Positions 1 to 11,396 of a DNA stretch of 64,000 nucleotides are shown in pieces; position 1 is the stretch's first letter; each line of letters starts with the position of its first letter. The DNA comes from Eledone cirrhosa (taxonomy: Eukaryota). The stretch is taken from positions 304,854,001 through 304,918,000 of the forward strand of contig OZ024741.1 of NCBI GenBank assembly GCA_964016885.1, read 5' to 3'. The notes under the pieces were generated by a model, which worked only from the letters and a program-made list of their open reading frames with translations, was not told where the DNA came from and searched no databases. The translations under genes and the position numbers were made by a program.

Positions 1-458
1 ACCTAATTCTTATTTATCACATCCATATGAATTAATATAAATTTATCCCTATAAGTATACCTATCAATTAATTTAATTTCTTGTTATAGATCTAAATTCC
101 TTGTGTTTTAAATAAGATTGGTATTTCTCACTAACACCTTTACCCTAAAATTTTATTCTCCTTCGGTTTTAACATTAACATTATTCTTTAATAACATCAA
201 ATTTTCGTGTACCCTTCACCGGCTTGACCTCTTTTCATCCCCAAAGTATTCTTTTCATTCAAAGTATTCTTTCCATTCAAAACTTAAGTCTGCATTCCTC
301 TACCCCTAAATTAAATTTCTACTACTACTATTCTATCAACTTGACCTCTTACTACTTTTCTATTGGTCAATTCAAAACCTGTTCCCAAACAGACCTATTA
401 TATTAAATCTTTGTTGTTTTTTTTTCAATAAACAAATATCATTATTTCTGAAGACAGC

Positions 459-584
459 GGCCCTTGCCATTCTGAGTTCAAATCCCGCCGAGGTTAACTT
501 TGCCTTTCATCCTTACGGGGTCGATAAAATAAAGTACCAGTAATACACTGGGTAATTGTTGGCCTTGTGCCTAACGTAGAAACA
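459..584 (+). mobile_element. 5'-truncated tRNA-derived SINE (Meta-domain-like) with 18-bp TSD
   Basis: B-box-like GAGTTCAAATCCC followed by core TTTGCCTTTCATCCTTACGGGGTCGATAAAATAAAGTACCAG, which recurs many times in the window. Flanked by direct repeat ATTATTTCTGAAGACAGC at 441-458 and 585-602. Confidence 0.85.
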
Positions 585-838
585 ATTATTTCTGAAGACA
601 GCATATATATGTGAAGGTATGTATATTTCCTCTGATAGTTTGTAAAATTTTTACATAGATCTATATGATATACATACCAACACACATATATATCCTAGAA
701 ACGATCGTAAAATGATGAATTTTTTAATATAAGGAACTTGTTCTTTGTTTTTATTCATTGTTTTTATTAATTTATATATATATATATATATATATACAAA
801 CACATGTGTATACATATACATGCGTATACACACATACA

Positions 839-1420
839 TATCATCATCATCATCATCATCGTTTAAGGTCCATTTTCCACGCTAGCATGGGTCTGGACGG
901 GAATTGTCCCACTTGAGGCAAGATTGGTTGTCTTGCTCAGGACTGTCTGGCGGGTTTTCTACGGCTGGATGCCCTTCCTAACACCAACCACGTTTACAGT
1001 GTGGACTGGGAGGTTTTTACCGTGTTACCTACACGGCCACATTACAGCATGGACTGTGTGTTTTATTGTCGTGACACCTACACGTCTAGCGCGTTTTCTA
1101 TGGCTGGGTGCCCTTCCCAACACCAACCACGTTTGCAGTGTGTACTGGGAGGTTTTTACCGTGTTACCTACACGGCCACATTACAGTGTGGACTGTGTGC
1201 TTTTTTGTCGTGACACCTACATGACCTCATTTGTTTCGGACTGGATGTTGTGGTACAACATAACTTCACATTTAAGGGGGTGGTGTGGATGGGGTGGGCG
1301 TAGTGGGACGGGGGTGTATTTTGTTAGAGGTGCCTACTGACTGTAGGTTTCGCTTTGTACTTAGGCAAGGTGGGTCTTCTGTATAACTGTGTAGCGCCAA
1401 AGATCTCGGTCCAGTGACAT
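839..1420 (-). mobile_element. RTE-related element (3' end / non-autonomous), antisense
   Basis: (CAT)n is the reverse of the GAT tail. Shares GGATGCCCTTCCTAACACCAACC and the terminal stem region with the 3' UTR of the RTE at 1771-5153; near-identical to the copy at 57360-57845. Confidence 0.8.
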
Positions 1421-1437
1421 TATATATATATACATAT

Positions 1438-1490
<53 letters not shown>
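1421..1490. repeat. (TA)n/(CA)n microsatellite
   Basis: Directly visible dinucleotide runs. Confidence 0.95.
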
Positions 1491-1567
1491 ACAAAGGAAT
1501 TGTGGTAGGGAACCAGATGAACCATAATGCTCCACAGTACTCAATACTTAGGGTAGTAGAGTGGAAA

Positions 1568-1684
1568 ATAGGAAAAAGTATGACCCCGATGGCAGAGCTC
1601 AAGCCATTTCGACGGCTATTTCTGGTCCAGAAATAGCCGTTGAAACGGCTTGAGCTCTGCCGTCGGGGTCATACATTTTCCTAT
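1568..1684. repeat. Near-perfect palindrome, ~58-bp arms, 1-nt loop
   Basis: ATAGGAAAAAGTATGACCCCG...TATTTCTGG-T-CCAGAAATA...CGGGGTCATACATTTTCCTAT, centred on 1626, with a few mismatches. Confidence 0.9.
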
Positions 1685-1770
1685 ATATATATTCAGAAGA
1701 TCCCGTTAAGGGTGAAAGCAGCGATTCTTTGCTTAAAATTTAATCTGTTATTTTAATAAATATATATATA

Positions 1771-4700
1771 ACCCAGAGACCCTTCCCTACGAGTGTCGAC
1801 AAATGCCCAAAACTCCGAGTTGGTACCATCAATGTAGGCTCAATGAAAGGAAGAGCAGGAGAAATCGTAGAAATGCTAGAGCAAAAGGAAATTGATGTAT
1901 GCTGTGTGCAAGAGACTAGATGGAGAGGAGAGTCTGCCAGAGTCCTGGTAGGAAAAAGTCGGTGCTACAAATTTTTCTGGGTGGGAAATGACGATGGGAT
2001 GGGTGGTGTAGGTATACTACTAGCTGACAAGTGGGTAGATAAAGTAATCTCAGTGTACAGGGTAAATGCAAGAATCATTAAACTCAGACTAGTCCTGAAT
2101 AAAACAATTACCACAATAATATCAGCTTACGCACCCCAATCGGGACTGCCAGACGAACTTAAGGATAGGTTTTACGAGTCCCTAATGCACACTACTGCTC
2201 TAACAGACGACAATGACTTCCTAATCATCACAGGAGATTTTAACGGACACGTAGGTAAACACTGCGACGGCTTCAATAGAGTACATGGGGGCCATGGGGT
2301 TGGCACAAGAAATGAGGAAGGATTCAGACTTCTAGAATTCTGCGACGCCAATTACATGTCGATATGTAACACAAACTTTAAAAAACCCGACAACCACCTG
2401 ATCACCTATAGATCAGGGGAGCACTCTAGTCAGATAGATTTTATCCTCATCAGAGGACGTGACAGATGAACGGTCGTAAACACAAAAGCCTTCCCTAGTG
2501 AGGAATGTACATCCCAACATAGCTTAGTTGTCAGCGACCTCACGGTCAGAACTAGACGAACCTGGAAACAGAGGCCAACCTGAAGAAGAAAGATCTGGAA
2601 GCTGAAAGTCCCCTCAACCAGTAACAGATTTAAAGATATTTTACTCAACGCCTACGACAGTAAAGAAGAACAGATAGAGACATTCAATGTAGAAGAGAAC
2701 TGGGAGTTCCTAAAAAATAATTTACTAGAGGCGACGGATGAGGTCTGTGGCTGGAGTAAGACCTCAAGCAGGAGGAGAGTGACTTGGTGGTGGAACAATA
2801 AGGTAGATGAGGCAGTTAAGGCCAAGAGACAGGCATGGAAAGAATGGAAAAACGGTGGGAGCAGGGTACATTACATAGAGACCAAGAGGGAAGCTAGGCG
2901 ACAAGTATACTTAGCTAGGAGGGAAGCAGAGGATAGAAAATTCAAGCATGTTTTGCAACGTGAGGACCAGAAACAGGAGGTATTCAAGATTGCGAGGCAG
3001 TGTGTCAGAGAGAGTTGTGATGTCATTGGAGAGAAGTGTATCCGGAATGATAAAGGTGAGCTTGCCCTCACAAGTGCTGAGAAGAAAGATGCATGGAAGA
3101 GTCATTATGATAGATTACTAAATGAGGAGAATGCATGGGAAGAAGAGACCCTACCCCAAGTAGACCCTATAGAGGGGCCAGCAGTACAAGTCAGCAGCAG
3201 CGTAGTAAGTAAGGCAATCAAAGATATGAAGATGGGGAAGGCAACCGGTCCATCGGGTATATTTTGCCGAGATGCTGAAGGCATCTGGGTCTGTAGGTCA
3301 CACTATAACCACACGTATTGTTAACCAGGTAATACTAGAAGGTGTCATACCAAAAGATTGGTGCAGTAGCATCATTGTCAACTGCTACAAAGGTAAAGGC
3401 GATGCACTAGATAGAGGAAACTATAGAGGTATAAAGTTGATGGACCAGGTCATGAAAGTAACAGAAAGAGTTATAGCACAGTTGATTAGGGACCGGGTGA
3501 AAATAGACGAGATGCAATTTGGGTTTGTACCAGGAAGAGGCACCACTGATGCCCTCTTCCTTGTGAGGCAATTACAGGAAAAGTACCTAGCTAAAAGTAA
3601 GCCACTCTACTTGGCATTTGTCGACCTTGAGAAAGCCTTTGACAGAGTTCCACGTGCTGTAATCTGGTGGGCTCTTAGAAAACTAGGAGTAGATGAATGG
3701 CTTGTGAAAGCGGTACAAGCCATGTATAGGGGAGCAGTCAGCAAAGTTAGGATTAGCAATGAGTATAGCAAGGAATTTAGCGTACAGGTTGGGGTCCACC
3801 AGGGCTCTGTTCTTAGCCCCCTCTTGTTCATCATAGTCCTGCAGGCAATAACAGAGGAGTTTAAGACCGGATGCCCATGGGAACTCCTGTATGCTGATGA
3901 CCTCGCACTCATAGCCGAATCTATGGTAGAACTAGACAATAAATTCCAAACTTGGAAGCAGGGACTAGAAAGAAAGGGTCTCAAAGTCAACATGACAAAG
4001 ACTAAGGTCCTTGTAAGTAGACGAGAAAACAGAACCCAGATCCCCACAGGGAAATGGCCTTGCTCAGTATGTAGGAAAGGTGTAGGTAGGAACTCCGTTC
4101 TCTGCCCCAAATGCAAACAATGGGTACACAAGAGATGTAGCGGGATCTCAGGAAGCTTAATTAAGAATGTAGGCTTCACATGCAGCAGCTGTACTGGGAC
4201 AGCAAGCAGCAAACAGCCACAGGAGACAAGTACCACCAATCTCTGGGAGGGCTCTGTAGAAACAGTAGACAGCTTCTGCTACCTAGGTGACCGAATTAGC
4301 AGCGGAGGTGGGTGTTCAGAAAGTACAATAACTAGAGTAAGAATGGGATGGAAGAAGTTTAGGGAACTACTACCACTGCTAGCTGCAAAAGGTTTCTCCT
4401 TCAGAATGAAAGGCAGACTGTATGATGCGTGTATCCGAACAGCGATGTTGCATGGTAGTGAGATCTGGGTGCTGAAGGTGGAAGACTTACGTAGATTAGA
4501 GAGAAACGAAGCCTGCATGCTCCGATGGATGTGTAACAGTAATATACGTGAACGACAAAGCATAAATGAATTGAGAGAGAGACTGAGCATAAGAGGAATC
4601 AAATGCTGTGTGCAGGAGAGGCGGTTGCGCTGGTATGGACATGTGATGCGTATGAAGGATGACAGCTGCATAAAAAGGTGCAGAGCACTAGAAGTTGATG

Positions 4701-5153
4701 GAAACCGCGGAGTGGGGAGACCCAAGATGACCTGGGATGAGGTGATAAAAGCCGACCTTACCCAATTACACCTCTCAAAGGCAATGTCACACGACCGTGA
4801 CCTCTGGCGTCACGCAGTAATACAGAGTACCCAACCTCCCATGGGTACAAGCTGAAGCATATCGACAATATGCCCCCACACCCCCACCGCAAGGTGGTCG
4901 TGGAGGTGCCACGGCAAAAAAGCACCCAGCCCACACTGTAAAGTGGACGTGTAGGCACCACGAAAAAGCACCCAGCACTCACTGTAAATGAGGTTGGTGT
5001 TAGGAAGGGCATCCAGCTGTAGAAATCAAGCCAAATCAGTTCCTGCATGAGCAAGGCATGGTCAGCCGACCAGACACTGCCCACAACAGGACAACCCGTC
5101 TAACCCATGCTAGCATGGAAGAACGGACGTAAAACGGTGATGATGATGATGAT
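1771..5153 (+). mobile_element. RTE-clade non-LTR retrotransposon (LINE), near full-length copy 1
   Basis: APE endonuclease motifs (GTINV, VQETRW, GDFNGHVG, SQIDFIL) and RT motifs (QFGF, FVDLEKAFD, GVHQGSVLSPLLF, YADD), a Cys-rich insert, the RLRWYGHV...RGVGRP C-terminus and a (GAT)n tail. Inserted in (TA)n. Confidence 0.95.
1780..4855 (+). pseudogene. RTE ORF (APE-RT), disrupted
   Basis: In-frame TGA at 2467 and 2581 and a frameshift near 3262; otherwise a continuous ~1000-codon APE-RT frame (track ORFs 1843-2469, 2779-3324, 3272-4855). Confidence 0.9.
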
Positions 5154-5186
5154 ATATATATATGTATATATATATAAATGTATATA

Positions 5187-5338
5187 TCATCATCATCATC
5201 ATCGTTTAATGTCCATATTCCACGCTTGCATGGGTTTGGACGGGAGTTTTCCCACTTGAGGCAAGAGTGGTTGTCTTGCTCGCATAGGACTGTCTGGCGG
5301 GTTTTCTACGGCTGGATGCCCTTCTTAACACCAACCAT
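5187..5338 (-). mobile_element. RTE-related 3' fragment, tail-to-tail with the LINE
   Basis: (CAT)n followed by sequence matching the element at 839-990. Confidence 0.8.
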
Positions 5339-6100
5339 ATATGTATATATATATATATATATATTTGTATATTTGTGTATGTGTATTTATGTATATGTGT
5401 ATATATGAGTATATGTGTAGATGTGTTTGTATATGCGTATATTTTATATATATATATAAATGTGTGTGTGTGTATGTGAATGTGTTTGTTGACACCTGAA
5501 ATATAGCTTAAGAGAAACATGACAATAATGATAGGCACCCAATATTTGAACTGGTTTATAGAATTCTCTTGGCCTTTGTCACTCTTAATATAAATTATAG
5601 CCTTAATGAATTCCCTTTTCTTTCAACCAATGACCTCCACCCATCCCACTCACACCCTCTCCTACCACCTGAAAAGATATAAATACCACAACATTTATTT
5701 TGGACAGCCAGATTCCTGATGATTTCTAAAAATGAAACAGTTCTAGTCCTGTAGAATCTCAGCTACATTAAAACTATATATATATAAAAGGTAAACAAAA
5801 ATAACAACACAATCGGTTCAGTATATGGAAGGAATATATTAGGTTAACAATTGAAATAGCTTGAAGCATGTCTTAACGTTTTGGACGCTAGTCCTTCAGA
5901 AGAAGAAAGAATGAGAAACTAGAAAGATTGAAGGGACGGGCAGGGCAGAATTGAAAAATAAGATTTTTAGAGAAAAATAACAGTTCCAGTCATGTTGTCA
6001 AATTAAAAGAGTTGAAAGAAAAAGAAAAATTACCTATTTGGCTAACTAACCTCTTTAAATCAATATTCTTAGTCACATCATTTATCCTTTACAATTTCAG

Positions 6101-6193
6101 AGGCTGTTTGAAGCTGAGGGTGCTGAACTTGGGGAGCTGTTTCAAGATTGAAAACTATGATAGAATTGCTGAGTATATAGCCAAATATTCCAG
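6101..6193 (+). CDS. FBXL4: F-box/LRR-repeat protein 4, internal exon
   Basis: TTTCAG acceptor, GT donor at 6194. Encodes GCLKLRVLNLGSCFKIENYDRIAEYIAKYS, resembling FBXL4 LSLGSC..IEDYD; splices in frame (phase 2) to the next exon. Confidence 0.85.
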
Positions 6194-6512
6194 GTACTGT
6201 TATTTAGACTGTGTAAATACATCCCACGATATGTCAGACACCACTCATTTGCTTCAAGATCACCTCCATGACTTAGCGCTTCCTTTTCTCATGGTGGGAT
6301 ACCCACCAGCAAGCACCATATAGCTTGCATCCCTCTCGCTCTCTGACCTTTTATCTTTCTGGGGTCAGTAAAATAAGGTGCCAGTAAAGTATTGGGGTTA
6401 ATTTAATTAATTTTGCTTTTCCCTCAAAATTTGCTGGCCTTGTCCCTCAGAAATCAATATTTCTTCTTTCTATAAATCTGAGGCTTTATACCTATATATA
6501 TGTGAAGGTGCA

Positions 6513-6616
6513 TTGCCTAGTGGTTAGTGTGTTGGACTCACAATCATAAGATTGTGAGTCCAACACACTAACCACTAGGCAAGAGAGGCACCCCAGTCCT
6601 ATCATAGGACTGGGGT
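6513..6616. repeat. Two adjacent perfect hairpins (33-bp and 13-bp stems) within a SINE
   Basis: TTGCCTAGTGGTTAGTGTGTTGGACTCACAATC-ATAA-GATTGTGAGTCCAACACACTAACCACTAGGCAA, then ACCCCAGTCCTAT-C-ATAGGACTGGGGT. Confidence 0.9.
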
Positions 6617-6777
6617 CCCTTCTCTTTAAAACACCCCAAAATGCAACCGCATACTGGGGTTGATTTAATTGATTTTTCCCTCCCTAAAATTTGTTGGCCT
6701 TGTGCCTAAATTGAAAATCATTATTATATTTTTTTAAATTTCTTTTAATATCCATTCTTTCATTTCTTTTATTTCAG

Positions 6778-6888
6778 GCACATAGAATGTTTAGATTTTT
6801 GGCGAGCACACTCCCTCAGTAGCAGTGGGCTTTTGGCTATAATTAATAATAACTGTATGAGTCTTCAGGAGTTAGATCTTGGATGGAT
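6778..6888 (+). CDS. FBXL4: FBXL4 internal exon
   Basis: Polypyrimidine-TTTCAG acceptor, GTAAGT donor. Encodes HIECLDFWRAHSLSSSGLLAIINNNCMSLQELDLGW (FBXL4 LDLWR...LEELDLGW). Confidence 0.92.
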
Positions 6889-6984
6889 GTAAGTTTTTTT
6901 TTATAACAGTACTCATGTTTATTTCTTTCACTGATATTATTACCTAAAAACATTGAGCCTAGGAATTGGTTACTTGTCTCACTA

Positions 6985-7430
6985 CATCATCATCATCACC
7001 ATTGAACATCTATTTTCATGGTTTAGATGGGCTGTCACATATGCAGGTGAGGCTGGTCAGATGACCACATCTAGCTCATATATTTTGTTGTTTGGCTTAG
7101 TTTTCTTAGCTGGAAGTCCTCCCTAATGTCAACCACTTTATAGTGTGTAATGGGCACATTTTATTGCGGCACTAGCATTAGCACTTTACAGAGGGACTGG
7201 GTGCTTTTTGTTGTGACATCAGCACTACCACCACCACCTTACAGGATGGACTGAGTGCTTTTTGTTTTGACACTAGCACCAGCACCACCACATTACAGGG
7301 TGGACTGGGTGCTTTGTGTTATGGAACCGCTACTACCACCTCACAGGGTGGACTGGGTGTTTTTCACTGTTGCACCACCACTATCACCTTTCAGAGTGGA
7401 CTGGGAGCTTTTTGTTGTGGCACTAGCAAT
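6985..7430 (-). mobile_element. Decayed RTE-related 3' UTR element with internal tandem repeats
   Basis: (CAT)n start and repeated TTACAG.GTGGACTGGGTGCTTTTT units. Confidence 0.6.
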
Positions 7431-8479
7431 TTTTTGGGGGAAGGGAAAGTCCATTAAATTTGACTACACTACATTTATTTTATTGACTTTGGAAGGATGA
7501 AAGGCAAAGTTGATCCCAGTGGTATTTGAATCCAGAATATTAACAAAATGCCACAAAGCATTTAACCTGACACTCTACTGTTACAGCCAACCCTCAATTG
7601 TAGATAATAATATCTGCTCTCTAATGGTAAAATTTGTTGCCAAAACCAGATCAAAGCCCCCATATGTTCAATAACTGACAAACACTCAGACACATCTAAA
7701 TGTTGCAGAATACTCCTATAACACCATTGTTTAAAACACTGGATCTACCATCAAATTGGAAAGGGATGTCAATGAAAGAAAGGGGGCTAGAATTGGGCAT
7801 ATGCAGAAGAGATTTTTGTGACTGCTTGATGTTTTTCTTCATTCAAAGGTTTGACTATTTTAGGTATTAATTATTGGTGCAACAGATTTTAGCAAACAAA
7901 ATCACAAATCCTCCTCCTTGAGTGGGTTATTGGGACAGGTAGAGTCCTCAGAACACCTTCCAGAACGGCTCCTATCAGAAACAACTGTCTCCAAGTGAGA
8001 CTAATTGAGGTTATTGTTGTTATCCAACTATGTTGCTTGTCATCTACTTCTAGGTTTACTGCTGGCAACAATCTTTCATACCAATAATTAATACCTAAGT
8101 TAATCAAACTTTGAATGAAGAAAAACAGAGATGGTTTCAAGCAAGCATAACAGCTGTTATAAAAATCTCTTTCACACATTCCTAATTCTAGTCACTTTTT
8201 TTTCATTAACATCATTGCCTGTTTAACTCAATTTATGGCAAGGATAGTGTTTTTTTGAAGATGATGTATGAGTGTTCTGAGATGTTTAGATGAGTAACAT
8301 CATGGAGGGATGGGCTCCTCCAGGTTTAAAATGCTGTAGTTCACTATGACACCCATATCACTCCATCAGGATTTGGAGGTCTATACATACAGGTTTAAAA
8401 TGCCGTATGCCACTAGTCACATTAGCAACAACATGCTTGTCGCTATGCATTTTAATCATTGATAATGTATTTCTTTTAG

Positions 8480-8566
8480 TCGTTCTTTGCTGTCTGAGTC
8501 TGGCTGTTTTATAGAATTAATCAGAAAATGTAGGAATCTCAAGAAACTTTTTTTAACAGCCAACAG
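8480..8566 (+). CDS. FBXL4: FBXL4 internal exon
   Basis: TTTTAG acceptor, GTATGT donor. Encodes RSLLSESGCFIELIRKCRNLKKLFLTANR (FBXL4 GCF...LQKLFLTANR). Confidence 0.92.
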
Positions 8567-9584
8567 GTATGTATCAATATTATTGTTACTGAAGTCAGGT
8601 GAAAAAAAAAGATAAAATCTCTTCGCAAACTTCGGGTTTATGGAACTAGTATTTGGCAAATGAAAGATATATATCTTTCCTTGGAGCGGGCGCTAATCTT
8701 TCACAAGATACATATTTCCAAGAAGATTTAGCACAGTTATACTTCAGATGTGCAACTAAAATAAAGACACTGTAATGCTTGTATCCCAAAATGATCTTAT
8801 GCTCACCATCTGGCAATAATGTACTAGCTTTTCCATTTTGCTCTTTGTGGGGCTAGGGGGCCTTGCCAGAAGTATAAGTGTCAATGATGTTATGTAAGTG
8901 GAAGAACTACCAGCATGGCAGCCCTCTTCACTTTTGAACTGTTGTGTCAAACAGAGGCACTTGCCACATGTGCTCAGGTATATGTCAATATGTTCTGGCC
9001 AGAGATTAGGTGGACAGGGCTTTCACAGATATATACCATATAGATAAGATCAATGATAGGAGAGGACCCATGAGATATCTGAGGCTGTTTACCTATTTTT
9101 GATAATGACATTGATATTTCAGCATTATTTCTTCTTCCCGAGCCAGACTGCACCCTCTATCCTGACACCCCTAATTTCCAGAACGACTCCTATTGCTAAC
9201 TTCCTGTCCATGGACACATAATATCACCTCCACACTGGATCCACAGATGACATGGAACATCAACAACAGTGTAACAACAGGTTGGACAGGTCTATATAGA
9301 CCAAGTCAGCACTAAAGGCAGTGGCTACTGATTTCCCAGACAAGCCAGGGATTTGTTGTCACACTTATGTACAGTTGTGCACAGGGGAGGTTGTCATGTC
9401 TTCGACACAACTGAAGGTCCTCTTAACCCTTTATTTGACAAACCTTCTACGGCTGGATGTTCTTCCTATCACCAACCACTTTACAGTGTATACTGAGTGC
9501 ATTTATCGTGTAGATCACCAAACACTAAGGAAGTTGTCATGTCTTGACAATACTGACAGGTCCTCCTTAGATTTTCCATTATCT

Positions 9585-9925
9585 CCATAACCAACCCAAA
9601 GATTGCCTGCTTCAATTTCAGGAAGCCACCTTCATTCCAGTAGACCAATAGATTCTCAGGTTTCAAATCCCTGTGTACAATCCCCATGGAGTGTAAGTAA
9701 AAGAGGGCACTGCCTAGGTCTTGAATAATTACTGCTGATTGGGGTTCTTCACATTTCACACTCTGGGTGATGTCATCAACCAGATCACCTTCCTAAACCA
9801 ACTCTATAGTCAAGTATATCCAATTGGAGGCTTCAAACTCCTCATACAGTTTTACGATGTTGTTATGTTTACAGATATTAAGTATAAAGATCTTGTTTTC
9901 CATCATATGTTTCTTTCCAATTGCT
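9585..9925 (-). pseudogene. Intronless CaMK-group (DCLK/DCLK3-like) kinase fragment
   Basis: Minus-strand translation GKKHMMENKIFILNICKHNNIVKLYEEFE...GDLVDDITQSVK...LHSMGIVHRDLKPENLLV...LKQAIFGL, with a frameshift and DFG changed to IFG. Confidence 0.75.
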
Positions 9926-10049
9926 CATAGTCTTATTCTTGTTCTCCACAGCTTCATCTCTGCTTCACTGCTACATCTACAGCTAATTATCATCAACTGC
10001 CCTTACACTACTCATTCTGCTTCACTTTTTAATCACTTCCAGAGTCACT

Positions 10050-10370
10050 AAGGCCTGTGTCCATGAGGGCTCTTGACAACTTCCTCTCACCAGAACCACT
10101 ACCGACAGCAACTGCTTGAGTGTCTCCTCTGGCGAGGGTAGCTACCAGCTTAGTAGCCCCCCTTTAACCATTTCCCTAACTGCAGTTGCTGTCAATATGG
10201 CTGCCCACTTACACTGGTAGTAAATTGGTTTGGACTTTGGCTCCTTGCTGTCACTTGCCATGTGCGGACTCTGACATCTAAAGCACTGACCTTTAAATGA
10301 TTGCTGCCACTCCACGGCTCATCTCTTCTCATAATTCATCGATCACTGCCAAATGCTCTAGGCTTCCATA
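10050..10370 (-). mobile_element. Decayed gag-protease relic related to the LTR element at 11718
   Basis: Reverse strand reads FKGQCFRCQSPHMA (zinc knuckle) and RALMDTG (protease), collinear with 12670-12910. Confidence 0.65.
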
Positions 10371-10764
10371 GCTGCAGGTGGCACAGTATTCTGTCCAGTG
10401 TTTATGATTGAGACAGTGGTGGAGAAGGGATATATATCACCAATTGAGGCAGTGTTTTAGTATAATATGTTGCCCCGGACAGGTCAAGCTGAGGAGTCAG
10501 TATCGTACAGAACAATATTCAGAGATGAATAGAGACATCTGTTTACAGTAGTACCACAGTGATCTATGGTAGGGAGAGAGCCTGTATTTTGGTTAATCCC
10601 CCATTCGACATGACAGTCCAAAAAGGAAGAGGGCCACTACACTGGTTGTTCTTCTGCTTACATGATATCACTGACCCTTATACTACCCTCAAGTTTGCAG
10701 ACTATGTGCTTGAATTAGAAATCAATAATACTAATTTATTTATAAAAACAAAACAAAAAACAAG

Positions 10765-11005
10765 TTTATGATGATTTATCCAAAGAAATAATCATTTTTA
10801 TATCATTTTATTATAATAATTATTTTCATATCACTTTATGTGCATATATCGAGTCCAAATTGCCAAGTTTATGATGATTCATTCAAAGAAATAATAATAA
10901 TTTTATATCACCTTATTATAATAACTATTTTCATATCACTTTATTATAATAACTATTTTCGTATCACTTTATTATAATAACTATTTTAATATCATTTTAT
11001 GTGCA
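10765..11005. repeat. AT-rich minisatellite (~28-bp unit TTATTATAATAACTATTTTCATATCACT), resuming at 11340-11375
   Basis: Several tandem copies visible, interrupted by a LINE 3' fragment. Confidence 0.75.
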
Positions 11006-11009
11006 TATA

Positions 11010-11335
11010 TTTGCCAACCAAGACCTTGTCCAGGACCCCACATCTAAACCAGCCCACTTTGACCTTCCCAGAAAGCAATGGGTGTCTCTTAATTGGATCT
11101 GCACACACATGCCACGACAGCCCATCATCTCCATCGATGGAAAATGAAAGACAGCCCAGAATGTGACTGTAGGGACCCTGACCAGACAGTACTGCATATT
11201 GTTCAGGATTGCTCTCTTAGACATTTTCCCAGTGGCCTGGAGGCAGTCCATAATGCTACAAATGACACCTTGGTCTGGCTCACTGGTGTTGACTCTCCTT
11301 TCTAACTATAGTGCATATGTCGTACGACAAGAAGA
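11010..11335 (+). mobile_element. 3' end of an I-group (Ingi/Vingi-like) LINE
   Basis: DPT...FDLPRKQWVSLN...HLHRWKMKDSPECDC...QTVLHIVQDC (C-terminal CCHC), ending TACGACAAGAAGA. Confidence 0.65.
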
Positions 11336-11396
11336 TATCTCTTTATTATAATAATTATTTTCATATCACTTTATTAATCTTTTTTCTTCTTGTTAG

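Noticed and set aside
3607-4725. Antisense ORFs of 150-210 aa over the RTE (and similar ones over the LTR pol)
   Set aside because: Shadow ORFs of the coding strand with no recognisable motifs.
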